Shown here: positions 45,851 to 58,815 of the stretch, piece by piece
Numbering within the stretch: the first letter of the stretch is position 1
How the letters are laid out: each line of letters starts with the position of its first letter
Source: Lama guanicoe
Taxonomy: Eukaryota
Reading direction: 5' to 3'
Assembly (NCBI GenBank): GCA_013239625.1
Contig: MU053934.1
Location: 11,447,003-11,511,002, forward strand
DNA length: 64,000 nucleotides
Position numbers and translations under genes: made by a program
Notes under the pieces: model-generated
Told to the model about the DNA's origin: nothing
The model's database searches: none
The model's input: only the letters and a program-made list of their open reading frames with translations

Positions 45851-48814
45851 AGCTTCCTGGGCGGGGAAGATGACACAAGCACACTCAAATCAGGACAGAG
45901 GGCCCGGCACAGAAGGGCTTACGTGGTTATGAAACAAAGTAAAGTGAAGAACAACTCTGCAAAGTGAAAGATGAAACAGACGAACCCAAACATGTGTCGG
46001 CTTGGACGCAGGGGCCACCCCTCCCCTGCCGCGGGTGACAACCCACACCACTCCTGCACGGGGAGGCCTCACCACCCAGAGGCATCAGATTCAGGCGGCA
46101 TTCATTCTGCGCAGCTCGTGTCGATCAAATGCGTGAGGAAATTCTGTCTCACGTACGCGGCATGGAGAACGGCACGGAGATCACTGACCCCCTGTTCACA
46201 GGAACTGGGCTCCTGAGACTTCCAGTCAGAGGATTAAGCTACCGACGAGGCACAAACTACCGTTCCCCATTTGCTTCAAGCAGTTCCTGGGCGTGCGGCG
46301 GCCTGGGCGTGCCGGCTGACATGCGGGCTGGCTTGCACTCAGGTGACCGTGACTCTGCTGTGCGCCCGCCCGCTTGCTGAGCCGTGGCCACCGCGGGGAT
46401 GTGTCTGGCTCCTCTGGAGGAACTTCACGTGGCTCTGGTGACCCTTCCTTTCCCCCCTCCCCCTCTTTACTCTCCATGAGAATACTTTTCTCAAGTGGGC
46501 CTTGATCACATTTCTCACTTTGATAAAATCTCTGAGAGCTTGTCTAGAAGAATGGAGGCAGTGAGCTGCCCCGTCTGAAAGGGGGGGCTCGTCTCTCCGC
46601 ACCACTCCGGGGCCGGCGGCCCCATGCTCGGCACTCACTGTCAAAGGCACCCAAGCTGACCCCGCAGCTCCGAGCTGGGGGTCCCCACGGAGCCGCACAG
46701 CCCCTCAGGCCTCCGTGTGTCGTCCGTACACCAGAGCTCCGTGGGACCTCCGAAGGGGCGGGTGAGGAAGGCCTGGGAGGCTCCGGGGAGGAGCCGCTAT
46801 CGGCGCTCCCCCCTGGGGCTCGGGCCTCTCCCCCCCTCCCAGTGCCCGGGTCCCCACGAGACCAGATGCTCCTGCCCGTGCACGCCCGTGGAGCCCCCAC
46901 TCGAACAGCGTGATCTGTAAACAGAACCTTCCCTCGGAGTGGAGCCGGAGTCTGACAGCGAGGTGTCTGCAGGGCCACCCCCCCCACGGGGGCTCTGGGA
47001 GCGTCCCTCCCACATCTCCCCCGGGAGTGCCTGGCGCCCCTTGGCCCGTGGCCACATCACCCCCTCTCTGCCTCCGTCTTCACGTGGCGCCTGCCCTGCG
47101 TGTCTGACCTCTCTCTACCGTTGCCTCAGCAGGACTCTTGTCCCTGGGTCTGGGCCCCCAGGTAACCAGGATCAGGCCCTCCTTTCAAACCCCTTAAATC
47201 CACCTTTTGCCACGTGAACCAGTCACAGGTCTGGGACTGGGACGAGGACACTCCTTTGGAGAACAGCCACCCGCCCGCTCTGCTGGCCCGTCTTCCTCTC
47301 CTGTGTCTGAGCGGTACAAACCGCATGTGCTGTTGCAGAATCCTGGGGTGCAACCCCCAGACCTCCAAGCCCCCTGGGAACTTGGCCTGAGGACCCCCAG
47401 CTTTCTCCGAGGCCCCACCAATGCCACGCACCACACCCATGTTTCCACCTCCCCTGGGCCTGACCTCCGTCCACGGACCCCACTCCTGCCTCCACAACGC
47501 TGCTTCCCAGGGTCTTTCCCTGAGCTGCGGGGGAGGCACATGGAGGCCCCAGGTGCTGTCTGGGGGTCCTGCTGGGGGAAAACCCACCATGCTCCCCACC
47601 GCCCCCATCATCCCCTCCTGAAGGGCCGTGCCAGCCTGGGGAGCAGAGCAGGGCCCATGACGCTCCCTGCCTCATCCCGGAACCTCCCCCAGGATGCCCC
47701 CCATGCCTGTCTCCTGACCCACCCCCTGCACCCTGGCCTGTCCTCCTTCCTTCCTCACTCTGGAACTCCTGGCACGGTGACCTCGACTCTCGCACCCTCT
47801 AATGCTCACCTGTCACCTCTGCTGTTCAGGGTGAGGCACTGTTGCCTGGCCGGGGACAGGGCAGGCCCTCCATACACAGCAGTGACAGGCACCCGGGGGC
47901 CATCGGGGGCTTCTTCCCTGCTGGCTGTTCAGAGAGTCTGCCCGAGGACATATTCTTCTGAAATTCAACTTAATTCCACCGCCTCTGTTGACATATATGT
48001 GCTCAAAGCCTCACTGCTGTCCGCACAGCCTGCCTTTCTGGCTTCATCAGTCAGCCTGGCCCTGCTGTTACCTCCTCTCACCTCCCCTGCACCATCAGAT
48101 GCCACCGGGGGACGCAGAGAGCCTGCCTGTCTCGGCCACACCGGGCAGTGGCCACTCATGTGGCCTGCAGTTTGGGGTCGTTAACCAGCCCTCTAATGAG
48201 GGCAGCGCGGTCCTGGCCAGCTCCTCTGCCGCCTCTCAAGGGCACAGATGCCGGGAGCGAGCTGGGCGGCTCTGAGGCTGCGCTCCACAGGCAGGGACGC
48301 CGTGCAAGAGACATAGGCCTTGCCGTCGGGGCCGTCTCTTTCCATCTCCCCAGAGGCTGATGCTCCTTGGCAGGCTCTCATCAGGAGCCCAGAACCAGAG
48401 GCCGCAGGTGTGGACCTCAAAAGGGGGTGAGCATGTGATGGCCGGCTGGTCCAAGGGTGTCGAGGAGCCTCTGGGAGGCACAGGATGCCTGGGTCTCCAT
48501 CCTAGTCTGGGAGGGGTTCCAGCACAGCCCTGGGTGTGTGGGGAGGGGCAGCTTCCCAGGGACGGGGCCCAGACACCTGCCCTGGGTGGGGGGGACGGGA
48601 TGTGGGTGCTGCTGGCCCCCCGCGTTGCCGTGTGGCGCGGGGCGCTGTCATGTTAGTGTTGGTGAGACATCCGGGGAACCCACCAGGCCCACCCATGGAG
48701 GGGAGGCAGGAAGAGCCCAGCCCTCGCCCCAGGTCCTGGCGATGGTGCAGCAGAAAGAGACGTGAGTGGGTGAACGGGGACTGTCCGTGCAGGACTCGTC
48801 TGACCACGCGGACC

Positions 48815-48950
48815 CCAGACAGTAGGTACCGTCACTGTCCCCGTTTCCACAGAAGGAAACAGAGGCGCAGAGGGACTGTGACTTGCCCAAGGTGAATGAG
48901 TGGGGTTGGCAGGAACAGGGATCGGGCCAGGCAAGCTGGCTCCAGCGTTC
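48815..48950. mobile_element. MIR fragment
   Basis: 'gtaggtaccgtcactgtccccgtttccacagaaggaaacagaggcgcagagggactgtgacttgcccaaggt'. Confidence 0.8.
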
Positions 48951-49624
48951 AGCCACGAGGGCGATGTTCTCGTCTGGTCTGGTCTGTGCCGCCAAGCAAG
49001 GCAGCCGATGGCCACCGTGGCTGCTGAACACTGAACGTGTGACTTGGCCGTGATTACTTCTGCTCTGATCAGCTGTCTGCAGCCACAGCTCTGGCAACGG
49101 TCAGGGTGGCTCAGGAGACCTTCCCACGGCCCCTCCTGACCCCCGTTGTGCGCCTTCCCCTGGGAAAGCCCACCACGCCCGCACTTCCCCTGGAGACGCC
49201 CGTCTCCCTCCCACTCAGAGTCGACATCCGCCCGGGCATTCCTACCTGGATGGGCCAGGGAGCACCCTGCCCAGTGTCCGTGCTGACCTCTTCGCCCCCA
49301 GGCTCCTCCCTCCCATCAGTGGGTGGCTCCATCCTTGGGTCAGCGGCTCCTTCAGTCCGCAACCCACAGATGGCTGTGCACACTCTGGGCTTCCCTCGGG
49401 CCATCACGCCCCTGCCCTTCTCTGCTCAGTGAGCCCCTCCTGCAGCCGCCCCGGCCTCCAGTGTGGGAACCACCCAGCATCTCCACAAGCCACTGCCCCC
49501 AGGGATGCGGCAGTGGAGCAGAGCCCCCAGCCGAGGAACTGTCCAGACCCCTAAGTGCGACTTGCAAGAAGAGCGCCCGGGTCTGGGCGGGCGGCGTTGC
49601 CCGATGTCACGCCCTCTGCGCCTT

Positions 49625-50040
49625 CGTGGTACGAGCACCCTGGCATGACTGTGACAGCCCCACGGACAGGGTGGCTTAAAGCAACAATAAACTGGCTCAC
49701 AAGATCTGACCTGGCCTCCCTGCCCAGTGGGGTGCCGGCCCCACCCCCTCCGGAGGCTCCAAGGGAGACGCTTTCTTCCCGGCCCCGGGAGAGCTGGGTT
49801 CCTGGGCTCGGGGCCCCTCTTCCACCTACGAAGTCGGCAGCACCGGTCCTTCGGTCTGACCTTTCCCTGCCTCCCTCTTGTGAGGACCCGTGCAACTGCA
49901 CTGGTCCCTCATAGAAAATGCTGCAGAAACTCAAATCTCCAAATTCTTAACTTAGCCACATCCAGAGTCCCTTTTGCCACGGAAGGTGTCATTCACAGGC
50001 TCCAGGGATGGGGGCTTGGACGTCCCCAGGAGCACAGCTC
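49625..50040 (-). mobile_element. MLT1D-like MaLR LTR
   Basis: 'gggtggcttaaagcaaca', 'ctcttgtgaggacccgtg', 'ttcttaacttagccacatccagagtcccttttgccacggaaggtgtcattcacaggctccagggat'. Confidence 0.8.
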
Positions 50041-51559
50041 AGCTCTCCAGGACCGCCGTCGTGCCCAAGGCCCAAGCACACGCTCGGGGGCCATGCCATC
50101 CCCCCAGCAGCCCCTGCCCTACGCGTGGCGCTGCCCACCCTGACTCCCATCTTTGCTCTGTGCCCAAGTGCCACCTCCCTGTCCCCGCTCAGCAGGTGAC
50201 TGAGCTCACACTCTGGGCCGGGCCCTGGACCGCAGGGCAGGATGCAACATGAGCAGAGCTCAGCCGGAGCCGGGGAGGATGGAGAGGGAGACTGTGCATG
50301 CAGCAGCTCTGAGCTTGGCAGGGCCCATGGTGGGGCGGGCAGAGGGCTTCCATAACTTCAGAGGGGCTTCAGGCTGAGTCTGAGGGGCAGCGTGGCCCTG
50401 AACACTGAGAAGTCTCAGGCAAATTGGTCAAGACAGCAGGAACGCCAGGTGAGGCAAACCAGGAAGGCGGCACCGGTGGCGTCAGGGAAGCTCTGGGCCA
50501 AGATGCTGGGGTGGCCAGGGCTCCCCGAGGAGCCGCAGGGCACGTTGACGGGGCCCTTCCATGCCCTGAGGCATCACATCACCGACCAGCCTCCATGCAG
50601 CTTGGGAGCTGGCGCGGCTCCGAGTGGGAGCCAGAGGCCCGGGGCCAAGTGGATGGCGTGTTTCTGTGAACTGTCTGGGGGCGAGAGGAGGCAGATGAAA
50701 TTAAGATATGAACATAATCGCATCACCTGCGCGCAGGGCTCCGGTGCCGCCCCTCCCGCTCCCCACCCGGCCCCAGACGCAGGAACACAGAACTGAATTA
50801 ACTCCCCTAGCTGCTGCAGCCACGGCTCTGGTTCTGCTCCGCGATGCTGTTCCTTTGATGTTAATCACCAGCTTTTCTCCGGGATTTTGCCTCCAGCTGG
50901 GAGACTTTGCTTAGACCCCAAAGACCCCACATGCAGTGCGTAGAACCCCCAACCGGGGACTTTCTCCCACACCAGCCCCAGGACTGTACCAGTTCTGAGC
51001 GTTTGTTTCCTGGAGAAATCACACGCGCCTCACCTGGGATGCTCCCCTCCCAACCCGGTCCCAGCCGGTCTACCAGTGCGCACTGCAGATCAGGGCAGCC
51101 CACTGGGGCAGGCGCCCTGAGCCTCACATGCAGCAGGATTGGGGGAACCCGGAACAGGAGGTGGGAGGCTGTGGTGAGCACGAGGGACGGACGAGGCCAC
51201 GTCCAGGTCCTCCTGCTGAGCCACCCCCGGGGGTGAAACATACACAGAAGCCCGAAGAGGATCGTGGCAAGACAGGTGTCATCGTCAGAGACGCTGGCCT
51301 GAGCCTTGGCTGCGCCCCGACCCACACAATCTCAGGTGAGCTGCCCCGTTCACCTGTTACACAGCCGACGGGAGCACCTGCCTGGCCAGCCTCAGGTGGT
51401 GACACGGGAAGGCACCCAGCACAGTGCCTGCTGGGGGTCAGCGACTGTAATCATCGCCATCCTCCTTGAATGAGCAAAATCACGTCGCCTCCCTGAGAGT
51501 ACGAACTCAGATCTGAGTAGGTAGAGACACATCCCAGAAAATGCTCTTTGAGGAATCTT

Positions 51560-51710
51560 CCCCAATGGGGTCTGCAGACCCCTTGACTCAGAAAAACTGA
51601 CGCTGGGAGTGGGTACCTGGACTCTTGCTCAGGCCACTGCATCAGGATCTCAGGGGGCAGGTCCCAGAAGAGCCCAGGAAGCCACGGGGCTCCTGGTCCT
51701 TCTAGAGCAT
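51560..51710. mobile_element. MER5-like DNA transposon remnant
   Basis: 'cctggactcttgctcaggccactgcatcaggatctcagggggcaggtcccagaag' resembles the MER5A core. Confidence 0.4.
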
Positions 51711-52469
51711 CACACACAAAGCTGCTTCTACCTCATCCCCTCCAATGACGCCCGCAGGACACAGAGCACACACAGCCCATGAGTACAGAGAATGGTGGCT
51801 CAGTGCGCAGGTCCATGGAAAACCAAGAGAAGACCTGCAGGTTGAGAAGCCACAGAGAAGGCAGCCTCCATGAGCCACAGGGTGAGTCCAGGGCCAGGGG
51901 GGCACAACACAAGGGTGGGGTGCACATCCTTGGGAGGGACAGTCAGACCCTGTCCTCTCCCCGTGGCAGACGGCCCAGTCCAGCACAATCCTCTGAAAGG
52001 GTGACACGGGCTCCCTGGGACCTGGGGCTTCGTGAGCAGCTGAGGCAGGGGCGATGGAGGGGAGGGAGTCAGAAAGGGGAGGGTGATTCCCCAGCCCCTC
52101 TGCTGACCTAGCTCCCTGAGCAGAAGCACTTAGAGTCACATTCTCCCATTCTTCTGTCTCTGGGGGCGGTTAGACCACAGGGACCTCCAGGGACCCCTGT
52201 GAAGTGGCCTCACACATGCGGCTGAGGGGCTGATGAAGACTGCTTGCCACACAGCTCCCTGCCAGGAGGTGACATATTAAAAACAGCGACCCCTGGATGG
52301 CAGGGAAACCGCCAGCACGGAGAAAGGACCACACCATCAAGTGGACAAGGGACCCAGAGACGCGGGGGCCAGAGGAGGGCAAGCAGCAACAAAGGGGCAA
52401 AAGTGCATCCTGTCCCCAGGGAGACAAGCTCCTCACCCGGGAAGTCAGACGATGCAGAAACAGACTCGC

Positions 52470-53400
52470 AGGGAACAAGGAGGAAACTGAAAATAAAAGC
52501 GAAACGGAAGATGGCCCGATGGAGCCTGGGGAGCGAAGGTCGAGAGAGAAAATCAACCCCAGAAGTTCATCATCAGAAAGTCAGACGTTCTAGGCAAAGA
52601 AACAGAAAGATGGGAAGGAAGGCATTGTCAAACCCACAAAGCTCTCCTGGGAATCAAGGGGTGAGTTATCAGGCCGGAAGTACAGAGACGTTTTCAAGTT
52701 GCTGTAGAGAAGCATGTTACAGCTCAGTTGTGACAGCAGCCTGGATCCGGGCGAGAAACCAAGCAGCACTCAGAGGGTGGAGAACTCGGGTTTATTACGC
52801 CAGCGGGCCCGGAGGAGTTTACATTCCAAGCCCTGGAACCGTCTGTAGGTTTACACAGGCCTTTATAGGCTGCCAGTCTACACTTTGCAACATCGTATGC
52901 AAATAAGGTATAGCAAAAGTTGGCTAATTAGGAACAAGCTTTGTAGAAATGGACCAATCAGGTGGGAGAGAAATAACCAATCAGGAGTGAGGGAAATGGA
53001 CCAATCAGGAGTGAGCTCCATGCAAATGACGTACTACAAATAGACCAATCAGGAGTGAGCTCAGGGAACCAATAGAATTTTAGGGGTAAGTTCCACTTTC
53101 CTAGAAGTTAGCCGTTTCAGAGGCAAAGCGTGAGATCAAGCCGCTGGGCCAGGGAACCGGACGGCGCTGGCAGGAGAGTAGTGGCCCTGCCTGGGGGTCC
53201 TGCCGGTCTTATGGGGCTTCCCGCCTCAAAATAGTGAAAAAAGACCAGCTCTGAAAGCACATGACTGTGAAATGCCGGAACATTGTGATGGGAAGAAAGA
53301 CTTAAAACGGTCAGAAAGAAAGGAGGACTAATCACGCAACATTAAAAAGATCCAGAACCAGGGTCGGATCGGCATTCTCAGCAGCCGCCCTGGGCTTGAG
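52470..53400 (+). mobile_element. HAL1/L1ME ORF1-like remnant, split by the LTR
   Basis: Right part 'aaaagaccagctctgaaagcacatgactgtgaaatgccggaaca...cttaaaacggtcagaaagaaa...cggcattctcagcagc' parallels the ORF1 region encoding PRHIIVKF...ILKA...DFS. The left part is A-rich and ORF1-like. Confidence 0.55.
52715..53228 (-). mobile_element. ERV-type solo LTR, 514 bp, well preserved
   Basis: TG...CA ends (minus strand TGAGGCGGG...CTGTAACA). On the minus strand, U3 repeats carry five CCAAT (52954, 52977, 53001, 53045, 53069), followed by TATAAA (52862-52867) and AATAAA (52791-52796) in canonical LTR order. Flanks aagca/aaata are only an imperfect TSD. Confidence 0.85.
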
Positions 53401-53684
53401 GAGCAGCAGCGGTTTTCAGCTTGGATTTCTGCAGCTTTTCCAGCTATTGTCTCATTTGAGGGGAGACCTGCAGGCTGTGACGAGGCTCCATGCCCCCCGA
53501 CTTCCCCCGGGAAACCGCAGGTGCTGCCCGGCGCGCAGCGTGTGTGTGGAGGGTGGCAGTCGCCCGGTCTCCAGCCCGGGCAGCCCGCTCAGGGGTCAGG
53601 GGCTCCGGGAAGGGCTGCCGGCGGGGAGGAACCTCCTGGAGTTCCTGGCGCATCGACCACGCAGAAAAGAGGTTTTCACTCCAG

Positions 53685-53800
53685 CGTTCTGATAAGTGGG
53701 TGATAAGCGCCGAAAGGAAATGCTAACACGAGGGCAACAAAACGTGTTACAGGAAGTGAAGCCTGCCGGGGCGGCCGTGACTGCTGTTTGCATATCGGCA
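53685..53800. promoter_or_regulatory. Candidate GATA-ETS enhancer
   Basis: TGATAAG twice (53690, 53701), AGGAAAT (53715), perfect ETS ACAGGAAGTG (53749-53758). Confidence 0.45.
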
Positions 53801-56800
53801 GCGCTGGCAGCGCCGAGCCTGGATCGACCGGCGGCGGGCGAGACAACGGGAGCCCCTCCGCGGAAGGCTGTCGAGTTTGGAGGGGAAGCGATGGAAAATG
53901 AAACCGTCACTCTCGGTAATAGGAAATCAATGCATATATAATCTAAAGAAGAGAAAACCAGGAAAACGCAGTGTAAGCGCGTTCCTATGGAGGAAGCGGA
54001 GGTGAGACAAGGAGAAGGGACGACTCGATTAGGACGCTTTGCTTCGGAAGGGCAGGAAGGGCAGAGCGCGCTGCCGATTTTCCTTAACAGCCCGGAGACG
54101 CTGTTCGCCCCGTTCACGTGCACCTGTATTGCGCTGCTGAGAACGAAAAGCGGCTCCCGGGAGGGGCCGGTGGACGGAGAGCGGCGCGTGGCGATGGACA
54201 GGCGAGGGCGCGGACCCGTTTCTTCTGGCCACAGTATCCGACATTTGGATACTGGGGACCCTAAACTGAGGGACGGAGGTGGACGGTCAGAACCTTCCCC
54301 AGTCCTTTAAGAAGACAACCTTGTGTCCCCTGAGAGGCGCAAAGCCGTGATGCCAGCCTCGTCCTGAAAATGGTCTGGGGTGACGGCCCAGGGGTTTGCA
54401 AACGTCTCAGCCCCTCCTGTCGGGCAGAGATGCTCGGAGATCCAGGCGTGGCCAGGTGCCCCCCCGACACCCCAGGATTCACACGGAGCGCAGGACCCGC
54501 CGCCCCGCCTGGCAGAGCAAACCTGACCCCAGAGAGTGGGCTCGTCTTTGGAGGCCTCCGGAGAGTTCCACCTGCAGCCCTGGGGGCCCCACGCAGCCGT
54601 GACCCCTGCCCGCCCAGGGCGGGGGGCCCTCCCTCTGGGTGTGGACTGGAGGAGAAGGGGTGACCAAGAGCACGATGCGCCCAGTGAGGACCCCAGGAGA
54701 GGGAGACATCTGGACCAAGCTGAGAAGGCTGGTTTTTCTGATTCCAGGTGAGGGGCTGGGCCGGCGCCCGCTTTCAGAATATGAGTCGTGTCTGATGAGG
54801 AGCAGGGCGGCAGGGCAGCTCGGGGCTGGGGTCCAGCCTGGGTCTGGGCGTTCTCCTCACTGACTCGCACAGCCCTGAGTTAAAGGACCCTCCGGGGCCG
54901 ACGAGAGCCCACCTCCCAGACCCGGGGTCCCCCTGGCAAGGGCGGCCCCGCCGAGGCACTCGGGAGGGAGATGGGCCTCCTTGCGGACAGGCATCTGAGG
55001 CCGCCACGTTGCGGGTGTGCGTAGGAGGGCGGCGTCCATTCACGCCGGCTGTCGGTGACGTCCGAGTTGAGGCCACAGCTTCCTCCCTGAGCCTGTGGGT
55101 GTTCGGAAAGGTGGTTGCTTTCTTTCAGAAGCCATCGTCACATCATGCTGTCATGAATTTTGATCATTTTATGAATATGAACAATATTTTCAATTTCATA
55201 ACCATTTTGAACACCGTGTGAGACCAGTTCTCCTCCACCTACTGAGCCCTGGGGTCGAAGGTAACGCAGCTCTGGCCACACACTGGGTAGAAGCTGCAGC
55301 TGGCCGGTGCCCACTTGCTGTATAACCACCCCTTCTCTGGATTGCAGACCCCAGACTCTGCTTCCCCGACACGAGAGCTGGGGGTGGGGATCTGGGCAGA
55401 GGTGGGGCTGGTGGGAGTGGGCTCCGGAGAGGGGTTCTCCTGGCAAACTGGAGTCACAGCTCTTCCCTTCCAAGGCCAAGATGCTTCTCCGAGAGGGATG
55501 CACACATCTGTGTGCAGATCTGGCAGGTGGCAGAGGAACAACCTGCTTCCAGGAACAGGACCCCCCCTGTGTGGACGGCCTGGGGCCCCTGAGTGCCCAC
55601 CTGTGCCCCTGGCCAGTGTTTCCTAAGGTCCTGTCTGTAGACAGGGATGTCCTGGGCTACATGAGGGCAATCACCCCCAGGGCTGGGGTCCCTGCCTGCC
55701 TCGTCCTTGCAGGGTGGCCTATGTCCTGCACACCCAGGACGGACAGCCAGCGTCCACGGAGCAGGTTGGGGTGGGGATACCGGGCACAGGAACCTGGATC
55801 TGAACCAGCCTGCCCATCGTGGCGGCAGAAGGAGCACCAGCTGTGCTCTGAGGCTCCGGCAGCCGGCTGGTCCCCATTTCCTGGGACCCTCCCCACAGCC
55901 GGGGACCCTGCAGTTCTGGGTACCTGGGGTGAAGTCATGTAGTGCGGGGAGCAAGGGGGCCTCACTCTCTGATGCAGGCCTGGCCCTCCCGTGCCGGGAC
56001 CAGACACCGGCCTCCTGACTCAGCAGAGGAAGATGGGGCGGGGATCATCAGTCCCCACGGTCTCCGAGATGCCGGAACAGACACTCCCAGGAGCTCAGGC
56101 CGCGATGACACAGGGAGGAGGTCCTTGCAGCCCCGGGGTCAGACCGGAGGCGTCTTCTGGTCACCTCTGCCAGTCTCGCTGGGCTCCTTCACACACCTGG
56201 GGGTCACTGGTCCAAGAGGCCAGAAGCCCCAGATGGAGCGAGACGGAACCCACTGGATGAGCACGTGCCTCACTCTGTCGGCCCCATCACGGAGGGGAAA
56301 CGGGCACACCCGGCTGAGGAGTTCCCGCGTCATACACGATGGGGCCACGAGTCCAGGGGTGAAAAAGCAGGGGTCCCCCGGAGGGGAGAAGGGCAGTGAG
56401 CAGGACACAACTGCCGGACAAAGAATAAAAGTGGCCATAAGTGAGCTTTATGAGAAACGCACTGCCTGTCTGGCCGGCTCCCACCCGCGGGGGAGGCAGC
56501 GTGGCTGGGGCGGTTCTCTGGGGCTGGGGCAGGCCTGTACCGCGCTCTCCCGGGATGAGGTCCGGGGGCCCGGCTCCAAGCCCATGGAGGGCCCCCAGGG
56601 AGGAGACCTCTCGGCCGTCCCTGGGCATCATGGCGGCTTTTGGGGCCGGCCCCCCGCCGCCTCCTCTCGGCCTCCTAACGGTCCTCACTGCTGGTTCCAC
56701 CGTTATTTACGCGCTTTGTGAAGGATGGAGACTCGATCTGTGTTGCTAAGTAGGAACAATATTATTCTGGCCCAGAAGGAAGTCTTAAATAAAAATATTC

Positions 56801-58689
56801 CCATAAAGAAAAATAAGTTATTCCTCTAATGTATTCAGAATGTCCTCACCCAGCGTGCAGATCCATGTAGCTCTTAATAATTTCCTTGCCTGTCTGGCAT
56901 CAGTACACATGTGATATTGATTTTTTTTCCTCAGCAAGTGTAAGAAATACACATTTTATTTACTCTTCAAAAAATCCCCGGCACCCACAGGCTGCTAGTT
57001 TACAACCGGCACGGAGCGCAGCAGTCAGCAAAACCGACCGAATCTGGGGGGATCCCCATCGTTCTGTGGATGAAGCTTGGCCGCTGCCCAGCCTGAGTGA
57101 CAGGCCAGAGGAGGTCCAGGCGGCCTGCCCGGCGTCGCAGAGGACGTAATCAGCGGCCGCCTGAGTCATTCGGGAGCCTCCTTTGAAGATGCGAAGGGCT
57201 GGGCTGGTGTCCCACAGACGCATGAGGGCTAGTGCTTCTGGGCGCGCTCTGGACCCCGTCTCCTTTGTCGAGGACCCTCTCACACCCCCGGCACTGGGCA
57301 TCGTGCCGGCCTTCTAGGGGCCCGTCGGCTTGTTGACACGGGGGCCCTGCAGCAGCGTCGCGGGGCTCACGGGGGCCCGGGAGACGGTGTGTGTCTCCCC
57401 CCACAGGGTGGCTGGGCTTTGCCGGCTGTGGACTGAGCTCCAGAGATGACGGAGCCGGCTCAGGGAGGAGGGAGACCCGCACGGACGCCCTGACCTCAGG
57501 GGCCCTGCTTTTGAAGGAAAGGCTGGAACGTGCGGCTCTGCCTTCTCAGCGCTAACAGACGCCCAGGGGCTGACTCCAGAGGAAGCTGCCGTAGTTCTCA
57601 GGTTCTCCATGAGCATCAGGGGCACCTAATGCCCTGCAGACACACTAATGTTTGTGTTACGTCTTGCTGGTCACATAGGTGCGAGATAGTCAGGCGGTCA
57701 GTCATGTAATTACAAATAAAATAAAAACGCCTTCGTGCATCTGCTGACCCCTCCTCCTCGGGCAGCTGCCCCTGTCCTCGCGCCCCGCGTTAGCTGCGAG
57801 CTCCGCTGCCGCAGCGCGGCGCGCTCCCGGGGGGCGGCAAAGGCGTGTCAGCACGGAGACTGGCTCTTCATGGTCAGTGTGCTCCCGAGAGACTTGCTGA
57901 GCGCCCGTCTGCCCCTTGAGGTCGCCTGTGGGCTTGGCTGGCACCCGCCCTCTGGAAGCCGTGTGGGTCAGGGGTGTCCGGGTTCCAGAGCATGGCCTCG
58001 GGGCTTTCTGCTGTGAGGAAGCCGCTCCGCCCGGGGCTGCGCACAGGTTCGCTGGCTTCTTCCTCTCCGTGCTCTCTGTGTCGCTTTTAGAGACTCTGTC
58101 TACCTTGAATGGGTTACGATTAGGTGAGAGGTAGGAGCGTTTTGTTACTGAGACCAGAGGCCACTAACGCTCATAGCCAACGACGTAAGCGCTCCTCTCC
58201 GCAGAGGCCAGGAGCCCGGGTGCTGGGCCCCGCGGCAGGGCGGCGCCTCGGGCTCCACCCCGCCTCATCCTCGGCTCCCTGGGCCAGGGCGGCACCGCGC
58301 CTCGCGCCTCCAGCTGCGCGGGGCTGAGCCTCGGCGACGGGCGGGCCGAGGGCTCCCCGAGTGCCAGTCTCCTCCAGAATCTCCTTTGCAAAAGATACTT
58401 CCTTTGTGTGAACGTTACCCTGTTTGTGCAGCGTCAGAGGCAGGCCCGCTTCGATGCTGTCTGCAGTGACCCTCTCTCCGCATTGCAGCTGAGCGGTGAC
58501 ATGCCAGGGGGCTGGATCGCGTTTCCTAGGCAAGCAGAGGTGCCTCCTTCTTTGCCCACGCCTGTCTGTCTCACCAGTCCGGCTTAGACTCCTCTCACGG
58601 GGTCTGGGCCCCCACTTGCCCTGAGCTCTGCGGGGCGGGTGTTACCGCTCCTGAACACAGTTTTCCCCTTCCTCGCAGCTTGCTGCCAG

Positions 58690-58790
58690 TGTACAAAATA
58701 GCTGTTAATTTTTTGTTTGTTTATTTTGTATCCAACCACCCTAAAAGCCACATTTTATTGCAATGGTATGTTTATTCTGCGCAATTACAA
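58690..58790 (-). mobile_element. Short L1 ORF2 fragment
   Basis: 'gctgttaattttttgtttgtttattttgtatccaaccaccct' resembles antisense L1 'tgatttttgtatattgattttgtatcc'. Confidence 0.45.
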
Positions 58791-58815
58791 ATGGGACATT
58801 AAGGGAAAAACTTCA

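Noticed and set aside
47207-48184. 325-aa plus-strand ORF
   Set aside because: Pro/Leu/His-rich translation of C-rich DNA with no homology or exon structure.
52945-53075. Regularly repeated ACCAATCAGG units with variable spacers, superficially CRISPR-like
   Set aside because: Eukaryotic DNA, short irregular units and no cas genes; these are LTR U3 enhancer repeats.
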